Of a stretch of DNA of 33,381 nt, positions 32,100 through 33,381 are shown one piece after another; the first letter of the stretch is position 1, and each line of letters opens with the position of its first letter. The position numbers and the translations under genes are program-made. This stretch comes from Catajapyx aquilonaris. Lineage: Eukaryota. The stretch is from positions 1 through 33,381 of the forward strand of contig JYFJ02004279.1 of the NCBI GenBank assembly GCA_000934665.2. Reading direction: 5' to 3'. A model generated the notes under the pieces. It did not search any database. It worked only from the letters and a program-made list of their open reading frames with translations, and was not told the origin of the DNA.

Positions 32100-33381
32100 C
32101 TCATCATGAATGATATAATCGCCATGTTAGAGAATGTTAGAAGAAAACTTTGAAACTCACCTGCAGTTGCAAATCGTCATCGTCCAATTTTTTGATGATC
32201 CCGTCATGGAGGAAGCCCAGGAGAGAGCAAGTTGGGCACTCACCTAACATGCAGACTGGACTCTCGCTGTCGCATACTATGCTGTCAACCAGTTCTGTTC
32301 ATGTCGGTGGGAATATCTTGGGAAACTCGGAGTGGAGACACTGCAGCACCAACCGCAAGTTTTCATGATGTTTACACAAGCACACAGTAACAGGCATATC
32401 TGAACTTAGGCAAACATGAGGTGGACGTAGCTGGCAAAACTTTGACAAGCCAAGTATGACGTCAGGTTGCTCCTTCTTGAAGCAGTCTCGAAGAGACGTC
32501 TGCAGGTGTCTCTTTTGGAGCTTCTGCTTTTGTCCATGTTTGTCTTTGACAATGACAAAATCACGAATGCCCGGGGCCTGTCTGGATATTTCGTCACTAT
32601 CATAGTAATTCCTTACGATAGCCTCATCATCATTGGGAAGCACGTCTACTTGCTTTTTAGGTGGTGGCTTCGTGCTGACATTGTCCTTCGCCGCCAACGC
32701 CTTGATGACTGCAATCCTTTTATCCTGATCTGCAGGCAGCGCTCTCTCTGCCTTCTTTACTGCCCTCCTAAAAGCCTGGCGGCAGCTGAACGGAAAGTGT
32801 GAACTGGCGGTCACACCCTGGACAGTCGGAGGACTTGGTGGGATGGTGTCCTTTTCACGCCTTTTCTGCTTAAAACGACGCTGACGTGCCCTATTGTCAC
32901 TTCTTGTCATCTCTCGACAAGATTAGGCACTATACGGAAAGGCATACTTGCCAATGGTGCCTTTTCCCTTCTTCTTGAGTTCCTCTTCCTGTGTGCTTCT
33001 TTAGCCTTGTAGGCTTCATCATTCTTCTTTCGCAATCGAAACATATGCTGACGTTGTTGGTTGGTTTTTGAGGGAGCTTTCATGTTTCATCTGAATCCGA
33101 GTCCTAATTTTTAATTGAAATCGTCTTAACATCATATTAATATACTCTAATCCTAGCTAAGAAATGCTGTAATATTATCAAGAGCTAATAACTGAGAGCA
33201 TGTGACAAGTCCTTTGCCGTGACTGAACCTACATTCGAGTAAAACCAGCTCCGACAAGGCGGAACTAATATGTCCAGCTGTAGGTAAGGTTGCTCCTCCC
33301 ATAGAGGGTGACAGGAGGGTTCACGCACCTGCACTTGATCCATGGCCGGGCGAAGGAGGTGGGGGTGAGGCATGCGGGGGG

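Larger units (their letters stand above)
29545..33083 (-). mobile_element. Sola2 transposase pseudogene, two exons (33083-32161 and 30489-29545), carrying nested LINE and SINE insertions
   Basis: SDEISRQAPGIRD...KLQKRHL...GLSKFCQLRP...VCLCKHHEN...IVCD...CMLGECPTC...LQLQ|VQWFTW...FLKHGFIKRQQ...VLQVD...VINSDALQHD...VFSDGAASQFKNKF...WNFFATSHGKGAVD. The GT-AG splice 32160-30490 is in frame. Confidence 0.8.
1..33381 (+). other. Putative uni-strand piRNA-cluster-like locus; predicted plus-strand precursor antisense to embedded TE fragments; may extend beyond both window ends
   Basis: 40 of 41 orientable TE or gene fragments are sense on the minus strand, lineage diversity is very high, and no intact ORF is present. 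Transcription itself cannot be seen in the sequence. Confidence 0.6.

Noticed and set aside
724..32802. Plus-strand ORFs in the supplied track as real genes
   Set aside because: I recognised no domain in them. Most are antisense shadows of minus-strand TE coding fragments or arise from palindromes and low-complexity DNA.
1..33381. One large multi-exon minus-strand gene, or a single Helitron/Pack-type element with captured exons
   Set aside because: The pieces carry stops and frameshifts and come from unrelated TEs, and I saw no Rep/helicase or enclosing termini. A giant carrier element extending beyond the window cannot be fully excluded.
1..33381. Prokaryotic or phage origin
   Set aside because: Spliceosomal introns, a SINE, LINEs, an LTR and animal-type transposase families are present, with no operon-like structure.

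Overview
Eukaryotic, probably invertebrate animal, genomic DNA with no intact gene. The whole 33 kb is a dense patchwork of short decayed transposable-element (TE) pieces, mostly 50-900 bp and often abutting directly. By motif recognition they come from many lineages: hAT, P, piggyBac, PIF/Harbinger, ISL2EU, CACTA/EnSpm, MULE, Tc1/mariner, pogo, Sola1, Sola2, Zator, Academ, Kolobok, Crypton-like, Gypsy, non-LTR LINEs and a tRNA-derived SINE. Two fragments look like host genes (an HMG box and an FGFR-like Ig exon). Of the 41 pieces I could orient, 40 are sense on the minus strand, including a SINE, a LINE and a solo LTR that still have intact target-site duplications (TSDs). The single exception is a locally inverted P-transposase segment with a perfect 28-bp fold-back at its breakpoint. 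A plus-strand transcript would therefore be antisense to almost every element. The best interpretation (inference) is a uni-strand piRNA-cluster-like antisense TE library that is dominated by DNA transposons and compacted by deletion. Family calls come from reading motifs by eye, not from database searches. Fragment boundaries are approximate unless TSD, terminal inverted repeat (TIR) or splice coordinates are given.
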